64,000 bases of DNA, from contig JAGGTK010000033.1 of the NCBI GenBank assembly GCA_021163765.1, forward strand, positions 5,923-69,922, written 5' to 3'. Within the stretch, counting starts at the first letter, position 1. Each line of letters starts with the position of its first letter. The notes beneath the pieces were generated by a model. That model did no database searches, was not told the origin of the DNA, and was given only the letters and a program-made list of their open reading frames with translations. The position numbers were made by a program, and so were the translations under genes. This DNA comes from a bacterium. Lineage in GTDB: Bacteria > 4484-113. Below, in pieces: positions 1 to 9,979 of this stretch.

Positions 1-629
1 AGAGCGCCAGCGCTCTCAGCACCTTCGGGCTGGGTTTTGGCCGATGGTTCGGAGCCGGTGGACGGTTTGGACTTGGGCGCAGGTCTGGCACCGGTCTCCC
101 TGCCTTCGGTTTTCGCTCCGGGAGGCTGTGCCGCTGCCGGGACACCTGTGGGAGGGCCTTCCATGCCTTCCGCCGCAGGTGCGGGAGGAAGTTCTTCCGT
201 AACAGCTTCACCCTCAGGCGCCTGGCTCGGAACGCCCTTGTTGCTGCGCAGTTGCTCCTTGAAGCTGAGCATTTCCCCGCGCATGCTTTCGGGAAGCTCC
301 CCGAGTTTGCCGTCTTCCACCGACCACCTGTATGTCAGGTCCCGGTTCTCGGGATTATCCACCACCGCAATAACCGGATAGGATTCGCCCTCAAGCACTT
401 CACCGGTCGTCATTGACAGCATCATCAGGGTTACCGGGGGGCGGTAAGTTTCTTCCGGGAAGCCCTCGGCAGAACCCGTCTGGCTGCTCTGACGGCTGCG
501 GGTTGACCTGCTGTAGTCCTGATTGTAATTGGGATTAGTCCGAGTCGTAGTGCTGCTGCTGGTGCAGGCCACAGCCGCGGTGAAGATGATCAGCAAACCG
601 ATCGCATGAAATAAATGCAATTTTCGCAT
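1..629 (-). CDS. Secreted lipoprotein with Ig/PKD-like segment and Pro/Ala/Glu-rich region; 3' end runs off the window
   Basis: Not in the ORF track because there is no stop in the window. Manual translation from ATG at 629: MRKLHLFHAIGLLIIFTAAVAC (lipobox) TSSS...YPVIAVVDNPENRDLTYRWSVEDG... The frame is open to base 1, with AGGAG upstream. Confidence 0.75.
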   Translation of the reverse strand, partial: MRKLHLFHAIGLLIIFTAAVACTSSSTTTRTNPNYNQDYSRSTRSRQSSQTGSAEGFPEETYRPPVTLMMLSMTTGEVLEGESYPVIAVVDNPENRDLTYRWSVEDGKLGELPESMRGEMLSFKEQLRSNKGVPSQAPEGEAVTEELPPAPAAEGMEGPPTGVPAAAQPPGAKTEGRETGARPAPKSKPSTGSEPSAKTQPEGAESAGA

Positions 630-868
630 ACCTATGCCGCTCCTGGTTCGTTGCCCGGTTTCAGTCTATCATCTAGATAGACGAATATCAACGAGCCTTG
701 TTCGTTTCTCATCCCTATTTTAACAGATTACAGCGTAGATGTTGCAGGGCACAGCCGTGTCAGGATTTCGCGTCCCTCATTCTCTGCTAACGCATTGGCA
801 ACACTCTGGTAATAATACGGTGCCACGATTATAGGGTAGAATACACAAATCCCAGGAGGGAGCTAATC

Positions 869-1507
869 GTGAAAGAGATTGAAACAGAATTCCCGAATGC
901 CAACGTGGACGCGGGCAAGGTTGTGCGGACGATATCGGATCGTTACCACCTGCCTGTGTTGCGTGACGGGATGACGCAGGTGCGCGACATTTACGTGGAC
1001 ACTGAGAACTACTTCCTGCTTAAGCACAACCTCTCCTTCCGGTTCAGGCGTAAGCTGGACAACATCTACGCGGGCGAGGGCACCCGGCTGACTTTCAAGT
1101 TCCCTCTGGAGGAACACGCGGAAGTGTTCGTGCGTGAGGAGCTCAAGCTTAAGGTTGAAGTCCACGAGTTCGACGAAGTAGTGAAGTTTTTCAGCGGGCT
1201 CACCAAATCCTTTGTGGATGAGCCTGCGTTACTTCGGCTGGCTGCCGAGGAAACTAGCAAGGAGTTCGACCTGGGCGCTGAAGGCGGGGTGCTGAATGTT
1301 TCGTACGACAGGGTGAAGTTTCGCGATCCGGGGGATTCAAGTAAGGTTCATACCATTAACTACCTGGAAATAGAGGACCACGGCATCGGGATGGATGAGC
1401 TTGTCAAGGTGAAAGACTTCCTGGAAGAGCATTACTCCCTGTCGCCCTCCACCGAGTCGAAGTACCGTTACGGGCTTAGAGCCCTGTCTCTTCTTCCTCC
1501 GGAGTAG
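869..1507 (+). CDS. CYTH-superfamily (triphosphate tunnel metalloenzyme) protein
   Basis: Motifs EIETEF, DIYVDT, FRFRR, LTFK, REE, YDRV, YLEIE and C-terminal SKYRYGL; GGAGGGAG RBS before GTG. Confidence 0.8.
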   Translation: MKEIETEFPNANVDAGKVVRTISDRYHLPVLRDGMTQVRDIYVDTENYFLLKHNLSFRFRRKLDNIYAGEGTRLTFKFPLEEHAEVFVREELKLKVEVHEFDEVVKFFSGLTKSFVDEPALLRLAAEETSKEFDLGAEGGVLNVSYDRVKFRDPGDSSKVHTINYLEIEDHGIGMDELVKVKDFLEEHYSLSPSTESKYRYGLRALSLLPPE

Positions 1508-4500
1508 GCTTCTTTTGCGTCAGCAGGACATCGAAACGGTCTCTATGCCCGCTCATGGCGAACGTAGAGGTGCTTTCAGCGTAGAAGCTCGGAGCCAGGT
1601 CTTCCGCGCTGGCAGACTGCAAATCCACTTCCAGGTTGAGCATATACAGGCCGCTCGCGCTGCCCGTTGAGCCGTATGCGAGGATCAGCCGCCCGTCCGG
1701 CGACAGCAGCCAGTTGCGGCTTTCAAAGCCGTTGAGCGCGGTCAGGTTCACCGGCATGCCCGGGGAATCTCCTCTTGGCCGGATAACGATGATGTCGCCG
1801 GTCTGAAGCGAGTAGGCGATGGTCTTGCCATCGTCGCTGACCTGGAGGGATTCCTTTGCATTTCCATCGTGGGTCAACTGCCACCGCTCACCAGATTCGG
1901 TTGTCACCTGGTAGACATTACCGTCCAGCCCTAACAGGAACGCGCTTACCGCGTCAGCCGTAAGGACTCCACATGTTGCCTTGTCAAACAGATCCGCGCT
2001 GCCGCTAAGCCCGCCGGTGAACGTGTCAATGTAAAACATCCGCACGCCTTTGTCCGACGCTAGCAGAATCGCCGACCCGTCCGGCGTGATGTCAACCACC
2101 CGCTCATTGCGTTCGCTGACGGGCAGGATGCCCGATGCCTCGCTGCGGAGATAACCCCGCACGCCTCTGTCGTTCTCGATGTTGAATGCAAGAAGCTCCT
2201 GCGCGCCGGTCAGGAACACTTCCGTGACCTTCCCCCGGCTGGGGGTGAAGCTCATTATCTCGCGCCCGCCTGCCAGGTCGTACGCTACAAATCCGTCGTC
2301 GGCCAGAAGCGCGATTGCGGTTCCCTGCGGCGCGAGTGTGACGTCCGTGGGATTGTCCGGCCCGATTACGAATGTGCATTCACTGCTGCCGTCATACTCG
2401 GACAGCTTCACGCGGGGTTCTCCGTCCTCGGCTGGTGCGAAATACGCGACCGGATACCTGAACTTTTTCGGGGTTCTGCTGACCTCGACGGCAACCGGAT
2501 ACGTGTCGTACGTGTTGCCCTTGGCATCGCCGACTGTAAGCTGAAGCTTGAAGGTGCCGGGCTTTTCCAGCACGAACTCGGGGTATTCCTCTTCACTGAA
2601 GAGCTCTCCGAGCTTCCAGCGGAAGAACAGGGGGAACTTGCCGCCCGTAACCACAGCGTGCGGCGTCAGCCCGAAGGGAACCATTCCGCGCACGACAGGT
2701 GGAAGGTCTATCGCCGCGGCCAGCTCCCCACCGCCCACCGGCAGCGTTCGCTCGGCGAATCGGCGTTCGAAACCATCGTCTGCGGTCAGCCGGACACGGT
2801 ACTCGTCGGCATGCGCATAGGCCTTTTTCGGGCTGCGCTCATCGCTTGCGGTCCCGTCGCCGAATTCCCAGTGCAGCTTCGTTTTCTTGCCCGCACCGGC
2901 AGCTTCAAACCTGAGAGTCCATCCGTCTTTTTCGTATTTAACGGCGAAGGACAACCTGCCAGCGCTGGTGTAGGCGCCTGAATCCCCGCTCTCGCCCGCT
3001 GTCACCGCGACGGGCACGAAGGTCTTAGCGCCGCGGCCTGCGCGGTCGGTCGCCGTGACGGTCACGATGTAATAGCCGGCGTTGGCGAAGCTGAGGGTGA
3101 ACGCCCTGTCTTCCGTAGCCAGCGGTTCGCCGAAGCCCGGGTCCACCAGCAGCGTCACCGGCTCACGGGCGCCGCTCACCGTGGCTTCGAACTGCACCTT
3201 TCCGGGAACGTCGAGATAGACCCGGTTCGGGCGCACTTTCACCTCAGGCTTACCTTCTACATCGGATGGGGCTGAGATAACGTTAGCCGAAACAGTCCGC
3301 TGGACAGTTCTGCCTGACGAGTCGGTGACGGTCAGATTGCCCGTGAGTTCACCTTTGCGGCCGGGAACGAGGATGACCGCTGGCTCGTCGGCGGTGGTGC
3401 CGTCGCTGAAAGTCCAGCCGAAAGTGTAGGGCGGTTCGCCACCCGTCGCAGCCGCGCCGAGCACGACTTTGCCGCCGCTTTTCGTTTCTGCGGGGAACGC
3501 CACGGAGTTCACTTTGAACGGCAGTTTTGGAGCCAGCGGGTCGCGCTGGATCTCAAACGCGGCAAACGTAACATCCCTTCCCACCGGCTCCGCGTCGTCC
3601 TCGACCTGCAGGATGGCGAGCAGCGACCCGTAAGTATCATATTCGCGTGTGGCTTCGGGCGTGCTGGATACGCGGTCAGCCACGCCGTCAGCATTGAAAT
3701 CCCAGATGTAGCGTAATATCTCCCCGTCGGGGTCGGACGACTCCGCGGCCGAAAATTCCACGGTCGCGCCGATCGTCGGCTCAGGCTTCACCGGTTCCTC
3801 AGGAGTCTCCACCAGGAAGCTCTCGCGCCGCTTATGAGCCGTATCCTCCGGCTCAATAACCTCCGCATCGTCCAGTTCCTCATCTGGCATGGTGCGTGCA
3901 GGCGCTTCCTCCTCAACCGCATACTCCTCTCCGGGCAGCCCTTCTTCGTTGGCTCCGATCGGCACAGGATTAGCGATTGGCGGCACGCCGTCGGCTGGAG
4001 CCTGCGGCGCACCTTCCGCTTCCGGCTCTGCGGGGCTTGCGGGCTCTTCGATTACCTCATCCGCCGGAGCTACTCCTTCTGGCGCTTCAGGAGCTTCTTC
4101 TTCCGCAGCGGGCTCCTCCGCAGGCGTTTCCTCTTCCTCGCCGGGCAGAATTATTTCGTATGTGATGCGGGCAACAGGAGGATCGTTTATAAGAGGTGTG
4201 CGCGGCGCAATGACCATCAGCGCAAAGACTCCTAGGCGATCAATGCTGGCGGTGACGATGTTGTTGTAGATGTCCAGCGTAAAATCGCCAACCGGCATCC
4301 ACAGGCCTTCTACGAGCCGAACGAGCTTGATATCGCTTTCATCCTCGCTGGCTTCCAGGTCATCATCAAAGTAATGCAGGGACAGCAGCGCAGGCTTGTC
4401 CAGAGGCACGGTTTCCGGGGTAATGCTGTAAGCGGATTCGGTGACGAAGCCTTCCGGCGCATCCTCGGGGAAGGCGATCGCGACATAAATGTCCTCGCTG

Positions 4501-4742
4501 AAAGCGCCCGTGGGGAATACGACCTTGCATTGCCGGAAAGAGATTTCCGTGCCGAAGCGCGTCACCAGCGCACGCTCCTGAGTGGGGCCGTGCTCGGATT
4601 CGCGCAGCTCCTCGGCGGTCTTCTCCGGTTCAGTGCGGCTGACAGCCTTTCCGGTCGGGCCGACGCTCTGGCAGGCTGCGAGCGCGAGCGCTATCGCCAA
4701 ACCGCTTATCGCCAGCATCAGACGGATGATGTGTCTTTTCAT
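1476..4742 (-). CDS. Large lipoprotein: ZU5-like domain, several PKD domains, C-terminal TolB/WD-like beta-propeller
   Basis: LALAAC lipobox; ZU5-like VVFPTGAFSEDIYV...LDKPALLSLHY; PKD motifs (VEFSAAESSDPDGEILRYIWDF, GGEPPYTFGWTFSDG, LHWEFGDG); propeller repeats (SDDGKTIAYS, SPDGRLILAY). Confidence 0.85.
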   Translation of the reverse strand: MKRHIIRLMLAISGLAIALALAACQSVGPTGKAVSRTEPEKTAEELRESEHGPTQERALVTRFGTEISFRQCKVVFPTGAFSEDIYVAIAFPEDAPEGFVTESAYSITPETVPLDKPALLSLHYFDDDLEASEDESDIKLVRLVEGLWMPVGDFTLDIYNNIVTASIDRLGVFALMVIAPRTPLINDPPVARITYEIILPGEEEETPAEEPAAEEEAPEAPEGVAPADEVIEEPASPAEPEAEGAPQAPADGVPPIANPVPIGANEEGLPGEEYAVEEEAPARTMPDEELDDAEVIEPEDTAHKRRESFLVETPEEPVKPEPTIGATVEFSAAESSDPDGEILRYIWDFNADGVADRVSSTPEATREYDTYGSLLAILQVEDDAEPVGRDVTFAAFEIQRDPLAPKLPFKVNSVAFPAETKSGGKVVLGAAATGGEPPYTFGWTFSDGTTADEPAVILVPGRKGELTGNLTVTDSSGRTVQRTVSANVISAPSDVEGKPEVKVRPNRVYLDVPGKVQFEATVSGAREPVTLLVDPGFGEPLATEDRAFTLSFANAGYYIVTVTATDRAGRGAKTFVPVAVTAGESGDSGAYTSAGRLSFAVKYEKDGWTLRFEAAGAGKKTKLHWEFGDGTASDERSPKKAYAHADEYRVRLTADDGFERRFAERTLPVGGGELAAAIDLPPVVRGMVPFGLTPHAVVTGGKFPLFFRWKLGELFSEEEYPEFVLEKPGTFKLQLTVGDAKGNTYDTYPVAVEVSRTPKKFRYPVAYFAPAEDGEPRVKLSEYDGSSECTFVIGPDNPTDVTLAPQGTAIALLADDGFVAYDLAGGREIMSFTPSRGKVTEVFLTGAQELLAFNIENDRGVRGYLRSEASGILPVSERNERVVDITPDGSAILLASDKGVRMFYIDTFTGGLSGSADLFDKATCGVLTADAVSAFLLGLDGNVYQVTTESGERWQLTHDGNAKESLQVSDDGKTIAYSLQTGDIIVIRPRGDSPGMPVNLTALNGFESRNWLLSPDGRLILAYGSTGSASGLYMLNLEVDLQSASAEDLAPSFYAESTSTFAMSGHRDRFDVLLTQKKPTPEEEETGL

Positions 4743-4830
4743 CGGTAAAGCCCTCGAAACTTTAGAGGGGGAAACCTGCCCCAGTGTTCACTTCCCGGCG
4801 CGGTGATTATAGCATCGGATAGCGGTATCC

Positions 4831-5445
4831 CTACCGCTTCTCCGCCGAGAGAAAGAAGCTGTCGTGGCCGTCGTGAAGCTCCAACACCTTGAAGCCGTGC
4901 GATTCAACGGGCCTTTGCAGTGCCTGCGGCTCCGGCAGCAGGTCGCGCTCCACCGGCCCGCCGGCGCGCATATGGATCTCGTTCACCCGCTGCCGCGAGT
5001 TGCTGTGCGCTATCACCAGCTTCCCGCCAGGCCTAAGGCACTCAACGGCCACCTGCAAAGCCAAATCGCGGTCGCAGAAGTGCGGGAACGAGTTGAAGCA
5101 GAATACGAGGTCAAACTCACCCCGGTGGCCCTCCATCTCTTCAATCGCGCCGTGCTCAACCTGCACCTGCGGGAGTTCTTCCATGCGCTTCTTGCAGTGC
5201 TGCACCATCACGGGGCTGATGTCCAGCGCCAGGACGCGGCCGTCAAAGCCCGCCCGCTCGGCAATCAGCGGAGTTATCAGGCCCGGCCCGCAGCCCGGCT
5301 CCAGGATGCGCCAGCCGGGCTGGATGCCGCTTCGCTCGATGAGTTCGATGACGCGGTGGATTTCGTCGGCGTCGTAGCCGTGCCCGGCCCGCTCCTCGGC
5401 CAGACGGTCGAAGAAAAGCGACTTCTTCCGGTGCTTGGAGTTCAC
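4831..5445 (-). CDS. Class I SAM-dependent methyltransferase
   Basis: ILEPGCGPG motif I, ALDIS motif II, FDLVFCFNSFPHF, LRPGGKLVI. Confidence 0.87.
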   Translation of the reverse strand: MNSKHRKKSLFFDRLAEERAGHGYDADEIHRVIELIERSGIQPGWRILEPGCGPGLITPLIAERAGFDGRVLALDISPVMVQHCKKRMEELPQVQVEHGAIEEMEGHRGEFDLVFCFNSFPHFCDRDLALQVAVECLRPGGKLVIAHSNSRQRVNEIHMRAGGPVERDLLPEPQALQRPVESHGFKVLELHDGHDSFFLSAEKR

Positions 5446-5448
5446 GGC

Positions 5449-5964
5449 TTACTTGATCAGCGGTTCCCTGCCCAGTCCCCGGCGCAGGAAATACATCTGC
5501 CCGTTGTGGAGGTTCTCGTGCGCAATCATCAGCGAGACCAGATCCACGTGCTGCGGGCAGAGCTCTTTGAGCGGCCCCTCCGTTGGCTTGGCCAGGTCTT
5601 CTGGGGTCATTCCCTTGATGGCTTCGATAATGTCGTCGCGTTCGGCGATGAGCGCGTTGGCGAATTCGATGAAGGAGGGATATTCCTTGTCCTCTATAAA
5701 GAAACCGCCTATGTTGAAGTCCTGGTCAACTTCGGGGCCGTCTTCACGCTTGGGAAAGCCAAGAGTTTCCCTTAGCTCATCATTGGAGATAAGCAGGTGT
5801 GCGGCCAGCCACAGCGCGTTGTTGTTGTGCGGCGTAGGCCGCCAGCGCGCGGTCTCCTCGTCAAACTCGTGCAGCAGTGTAATGGTCGAGTCGCGGGCGA
5901 ACTTGAACTGCCGTGCCAGAATCTCACTGGGAGCTGAGATTCCGGTGTTTGCTTTGTCATTCAT
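5449..5964 (-). CDS. DinB/YfiT-like protein
   Basis: WRPTPHNNNALWLAAHL and HENLHNGQ; the typical His triad is intact. Confidence 0.8.
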   Translation of the reverse strand: MNDKANTGISAPSEILARQFKFARDSTITLLHEFDEETARWRPTPHNNNALWLAAHLLISNDELRETLGFPKREDGPEVDQDFNIGGFFIEDKEYPSFIEFANALIAERDDIIEAIKGMTPEDLAKPTEGPLKELCPQHVDLVSLMIAHENLHNGQMYFLRRGLGREPLIK

Positions 5965-6051
5965 CGTATTCCTCCCGTGTGCGCCATGGGGCGAAGTGAA
6001 TATATTCTATAATGAAGTCCGTGAATATTACTACGAGCAAGGGGACCCCGG

Positions 6052-7851
6052 GTGATTAGAATCAAGCATCCTACGCCGCCGAGCTATCTGATAGCCGCCG
6101 ATGCGCTCGCCCAGGCCCGGCCGATTGAGCAGGTGGTTGGCGATATGGGCCTGCCGGCCGACCCGGAGGAGTTTTACTCCTACGGACACCGCATCGCCAA
6201 GATTGACGGCACGCAGGTGCAGCGGCATCTGAAGCGCCGCACCGACGGGCACGTTATCATCACAACCGCGATGACACCCACGCCGAAGGGCAGCGGCAAG
6301 ACGCTGACGACGATTGCGCTCACCGACGCTATCAACCGCGTGCTCGGGCGCAAGGGCAGCCCGAAGCAGAAGGCAACCGCGGTGCTGCGCGAGCCTTCAA
6401 TGGGGCCGGTGCTGGGGATGAAAGGGGGCGCCGCGGGCGGAGGCTACTCACAGGTCATCCCGATGGAGGACATAAATATGCACTTCACCGGCGATATCCA
6501 CGCGGTCGGCACCGCACATAACCTGCTGTTCGCTATGGGCATGGCCTACGCTTATGAGGGCAAGAACCGGCACGGTGTAAACCTGAAGCGTTTCTCCTGG
6601 CCGCGTGCGGTGGATATGGTGGACCGCAGCGTCCGCCAGATCCGCCTGTCTGCGTCCGGGAAATACGTCGATGAGAATATGCGCCTGAAGTCGCGCTACG
6701 TCATTACGGCGGCGAGCGAAGTGATGGCCACGCTGGGCCTGGCAACCGGCATCGACGACCTGCGCCGCCGGCTGGGGCGCATAACGATTGGCCGATACGA
6801 CAGCGGAGAGCTGATTACCGCGCAGAAGATCGACGCGGTCGGCGCGATGCTGGCAATACTGCTGCACGCTTTCAACCCTAACATCGTGCAGACGCTGGCC
6901 GGCAACGGCGTTTTCATACACACCGGCCCGTTCGCCAATATCGCGCACGGCAACTCGTCGGTGGTGGCGCTGGAGACGGCGGTGAAAGCCTGCGATTACG
7001 TGGTCACGGAAGGCGGCTTCGCGGCTGACCTCGGCGCCCAGAAGTTCCTCGATATCGTCTGCCGGACAACCGGGCGGCATCCGTCCTGCGCGGTAATTGT
7101 CTGCTCGACGCGCGACCTGAAATACCAGGGAGGTATGGAACCGACCGGCAAGTCCAGGCGCGAACAGCGGCTCTTCCGCTTCCCCGACAGCGTGGAGGGC
7201 TGTCTTGCCGGAATGTGGAATCTGCGGATACACGTGGAGAACCTGCGCAAATACAACATTCCCGTTGTCGTCGCGGTGAACCGCTTCAGCTTCAACACTG
7301 AGGCCGAACTCGATGCGATAGTCGGGTACGTGCGCGACGAAATCGGCGTGCCCTGCGAGGTTCATTCAGGCTATGCCGACGGCCCGAAGGGAGCCGAGAA
7401 GCTGGCCAGGACCGTTCTCGACACCATCAGCAAGACCCACGAGAAGACCGCCAGGGATTTCCGCCTCCTTTACCCGCGCACAATGAATCTCAAGGCCATC
7501 ATTGAGACTATCGCCCGCGAGATATATCGCGCCGGTGAAGTGCGCTACGGTCGCGGCGTGGACTCGGCTATGGCGTCCATTGAAGCACTGCACGAGCCAA
7601 TGCTCAACGTGTGTATGAGCAAGACGCAGTATTCAATTACCGATGACGCGAAATACCGTGGCGACCCGGCCGGAAGGCCGATAACGGTAACAAAGGTTCG
7701 TTACGCGGGCGGCCCTGGCTGGGTCGTGGCGTTGTGCGGGAGCGTCTTTGAGATGCCGGGGATGACCTATGCCACCGCGGGTGCGCGCAAACTGGAGCTT
7801 GAGCGCGACGACGACGCCTTTGGCGGTTTTGTCATCAAGAACCTGGCGTAG
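6052..7851 (+). CDS. fhs: Formate--tetrahydrofolate ligase (divergent)
   Basis: TAMTPTPKGSGKT, LREPSMGPVLGMKGGAAGGGYSQV, HFTGDIHA, GPFANIAHG, KTQYS, MPG. Confidence 0.92.
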   Translation: MIRIKHPTPPSYLIAADALAQARPIEQVVGDMGLPADPEEFYSYGHRIAKIDGTQVQRHLKRRTDGHVIITTAMTPTPKGSGKTLTTIALTDAINRVLGRKGSPKQKATAVLREPSMGPVLGMKGGAAGGGYSQVIPMEDINMHFTGDIHAVGTAHNLLFAMGMAYAYEGKNRHGVNLKRFSWPRAVDMVDRSVRQIRLSASGKYVDENMRLKSRYVITAASEVMATLGLATGIDDLRRRLGRITIGRYDSGELITAQKIDAVGAMLAILLHAFNPNIVQTLAGNGVFIHTGPFANIAHGNSSVVALETAVKACDYVVTEGGFAADLGAQKFLDIVCRTTGRHPSCAVIVCSTRDLKYQGGMEPTGKSRREQRLFRFPDSVEGCLAGMWNLRIHVENLRKYNIPVVVAVNRFSFNTEAELDAIVGYVRDEIGVPCEVHSGYADGPKGAEKLARTVLDTISKTHEKTARDFRLLYPRTMNLKAIIETIAREIYRAGEVRYGRGVDSAMASIEALHEPMLNVCMSKTQYSITDDAKYRGDPAGRPITVTKVRYAGGPGWVVALCGSVFEMPGMTYATAGARKLELERDDDAFGGFVIKNLA

Positions 7852-7950
7852 GTTTCCAACAGCTTTTACCATTTAACATGGACAGTAAGCTGCTGCATAA
7901 TGTTACTGAAAGGCTAAACGATAGGATGATTCGACAATGAAGAAACCAGT

Positions 7951-8877
7951 ATGGCAATTGCTGTGTGTGTGTCAGCGTTGGCAGTGGTTCTCGTGAGTAC
8001 TAGTCTAATCGCGCTAGCGTGGTTCCCTCCTTATTGCGAGGTAGAGATCGAGATACGTTACATCTTCCACGATGATGAAGAAGGCTCACCGACCTTCTGT
8101 AACTATTATTTAAGGGACGAGAATGGTGACCATTTGCTGCATCATGCCACCGGATCAGACGACCTATATCTTGATGAGAACGGCAACGGTTGGTATGACA
8201 AAGGGGAGCCGCTTTGGCATGACCTTGGAGGTGACTGGGTTCTGGGTCCAACCATACTGGACCCGCATGAACACTGGTTCCTTCCTGACCCCATCAATCC
8301 CCCAGAACCGGGTGACAAAACATGGTGGTGGGAGCCCACTGGGATAATGTCTCCGGAAGACACTGCGAAATTCAACAGCTTCGGAGGTCAGTATGGAGCA
8401 CTTGGCCGCGCATTGGATGGACTTGAGGAGTATGAGTATGATGTCAGTGTCGCGGGAATCCTAAGCAACATCTACGGTGGTTTAGAACCGGACGACCCGG
8501 AGGACCCGCTTGACTTGAGCAACTACCAGGTGCTCGTTCAAAGGCGAAGCGAATATTATCCTTTACTTGAGGAACTCACGCCGCCACAAACTCTTGTAAT
8601 GTTCCATATGATAGTGCTCTTCGGACTGCGACAGGACACCTTCGTATTACTCCCTTATCAGAATCTTGACGATAATACCTTTGCGACATCGTATGACGAA
8701 GGAGTAACTCATCTTGTCGACACCGATGATGAAGATGTAGTGTACGATATATACATCGAAAGGTCGGGCGATGAAGTGACCGTGTCCGGCAGCTTCCAGG
8801 CGGAAGAGCTTTCACCGGAGATGGTAGAACATCCCATTTTGATACTAAACGGGGTCCTTGATGAGCTGATGATGTAG
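7951..8877 (+). CDS. Hypothetical acidic secreted or membrane-anchored protein
   Basis: N-terminal hydrophobic segment; very acidic; DENGNGWYDKGE Ca-binding-like loop; lower GC than neighbours. Confidence 0.7.
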   Translation: MAIAVCVSALAVVLVSTSLIALAWFPPYCEVEIEIRYIFHDDEEGSPTFCNYYLRDENGDHLLHHATGSDDLYLDENGNGWYDKGEPLWHDLGGDWVLGPTILDPHEHWFLPDPINPPEPGDKTWWWEPTGIMSPEDTAKFNSFGGQYGALGRALDGLEEYEYDVSVAGILSNIYGGLEPDDPEDPLDLSNYQVLVQRRSEYYPLLEELTPPQTLVMFHMIVLFGLRQDTFVLLPYQNLDDNTFATSYDEGVTHLVDTDDEDVVYDIYIERSGDEVTVSGSFQAEELSPEMVEHPILILNGVLDELMM

Positions 8878-8890
8878 CGGGGCACCAAGA

Positions 8891-9979
8891 ATGACAGGTC
8901 GGAGACCATATATAAGAACCTGGCGCTTCGTAGCCCTTTTGGCTTGTGTTCTCGCCGTTGGGCTGATAGCAGCACTGTATCTCTCAGGGGGGCTGCGGCA
9001 TCTGCAGGCTGCCGAACAGAGCGATGGGAACTGGAAGCTCTGGCCGATATACGTGACCATTACTCCATCGAAGCAGGTTGCTGATTCCAAAACGTTGCGC
9101 ACACCATTTGTGCGGCGCTCTGATGGCGAGATAGGCATCAGCGTCCTGGCTCTTGAGGAGATGTTGTGCCAGAAGCTTCCTGGTAGCTCGTTTCGTCAGC
9201 CCTGTGGATTTGAGACGCATTTCTTATGGTTGCTACACGCAAGGCTATCTTTGGAGGAGCAGAATCTCCATTCACAAGCGAACTACTTCAGCCCTTCCTA
9301 CTGGCGGAATCTTAAGTGCGAAGACTGTGTGATCGGCGAGCCGCCGCTGGCTGAGGATAGACCGCAGGTTTTCCTGGGACGTTATACGGCGCTGAAACTC
9401 AGTCAAGCTGGGATTAAGTTAGAAGACCTAGAAGGAGTAAGTGTTGATTTAACTCTTGCTTTCCCTGTTGTTGAAGCCCCCGAAGGTGAATCGGGCTTAC
9501 CGATGCGAATGGTGACGATTCCCGCAGAGGTGTCTGGTGTTGCTACGCGCGAGCTGGTTGAAATAGACCAACATGGCCGCCTGGCCACTGCCAAGAAACG
9601 CGGAATGCCATACGATGCGGGATGGGTAAATAGCAATGTCATCAACCTCGCCTGGCTAAAAGCGGTAGCTGCTGAAGTGAATGTGGACCCGCCGGAAAGC
9701 GTGTTTGTTTATGCATTACAAAACGTTTTCAAAGACAAGTTCTGGTCCAATGATGAAGCGCTCGCGAGCCTCTCCAGGTATGAGGAGCGGCAGTCGCTCC
9801 TGGCAGGCTACTACAGCACCGGGGAGCTCCCTGGTCCTGTCGAGGATTTCGTCAGCCCGCGTGAATTCAAGATTCTGACACACCCAATTAAGCGAGAGTA
9901 TGTTGCCGCGCTCGTTGCGACACTCGAAGAACTTGGTTTCAATACGCAGGTGCACTACAATGTCTTCAGAACGTTCTAG
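8891..9979 (+). CDS. Hypothetical protein with N-terminal membrane anchor
   Basis: 362-aa ORF with basic N-terminus followed by FVALLACVLAVGLIAALYL; 13 bp after the previous gene; lower GC. Confidence 0.7.
   Translation: MTGRRPYIRTWRFVALLACVLAVGLIAALYLSGGLRHLQAAEQSDGNWKLWPIYVTITPSKQVADSKTLRTPFVRRSDGEIGISVLALEEMLCQKLPGSSFRQPCGFETHFLWLLHARLSLEEQNLHSQANYFSPSYWRNLKCEDCVIGEPPLAEDRPQVFLGRYTALKLSQAGIKLEDLEGVSVDLTLAFPVVEAPEGESGLPMRMVTIPAEVSGVATRELVEIDQHGRLATAKKRGMPYDAGWVNSNVINLAWLKAVAAEVNVDPPESVFVYALQNVFKDKFWSNDEALASLSRYEERQSLLAGYYSTGELPGPVEDFVSPREFKILTHPIKREYVAALVATLEELGFNTQVHYNVFRTF

Noticed and set aside
37-381. 114-aa plus-strand ORF
   Set aside because: Antisense shadow of the lipoprotein at 1-629 (minus), which has a signal peptide and RBS
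4864-5775. 303-aa plus-strand ORF
   Set aside because: Antisense to the methyltransferase and DinB genes; no motifs; typical high-GC shadow frame
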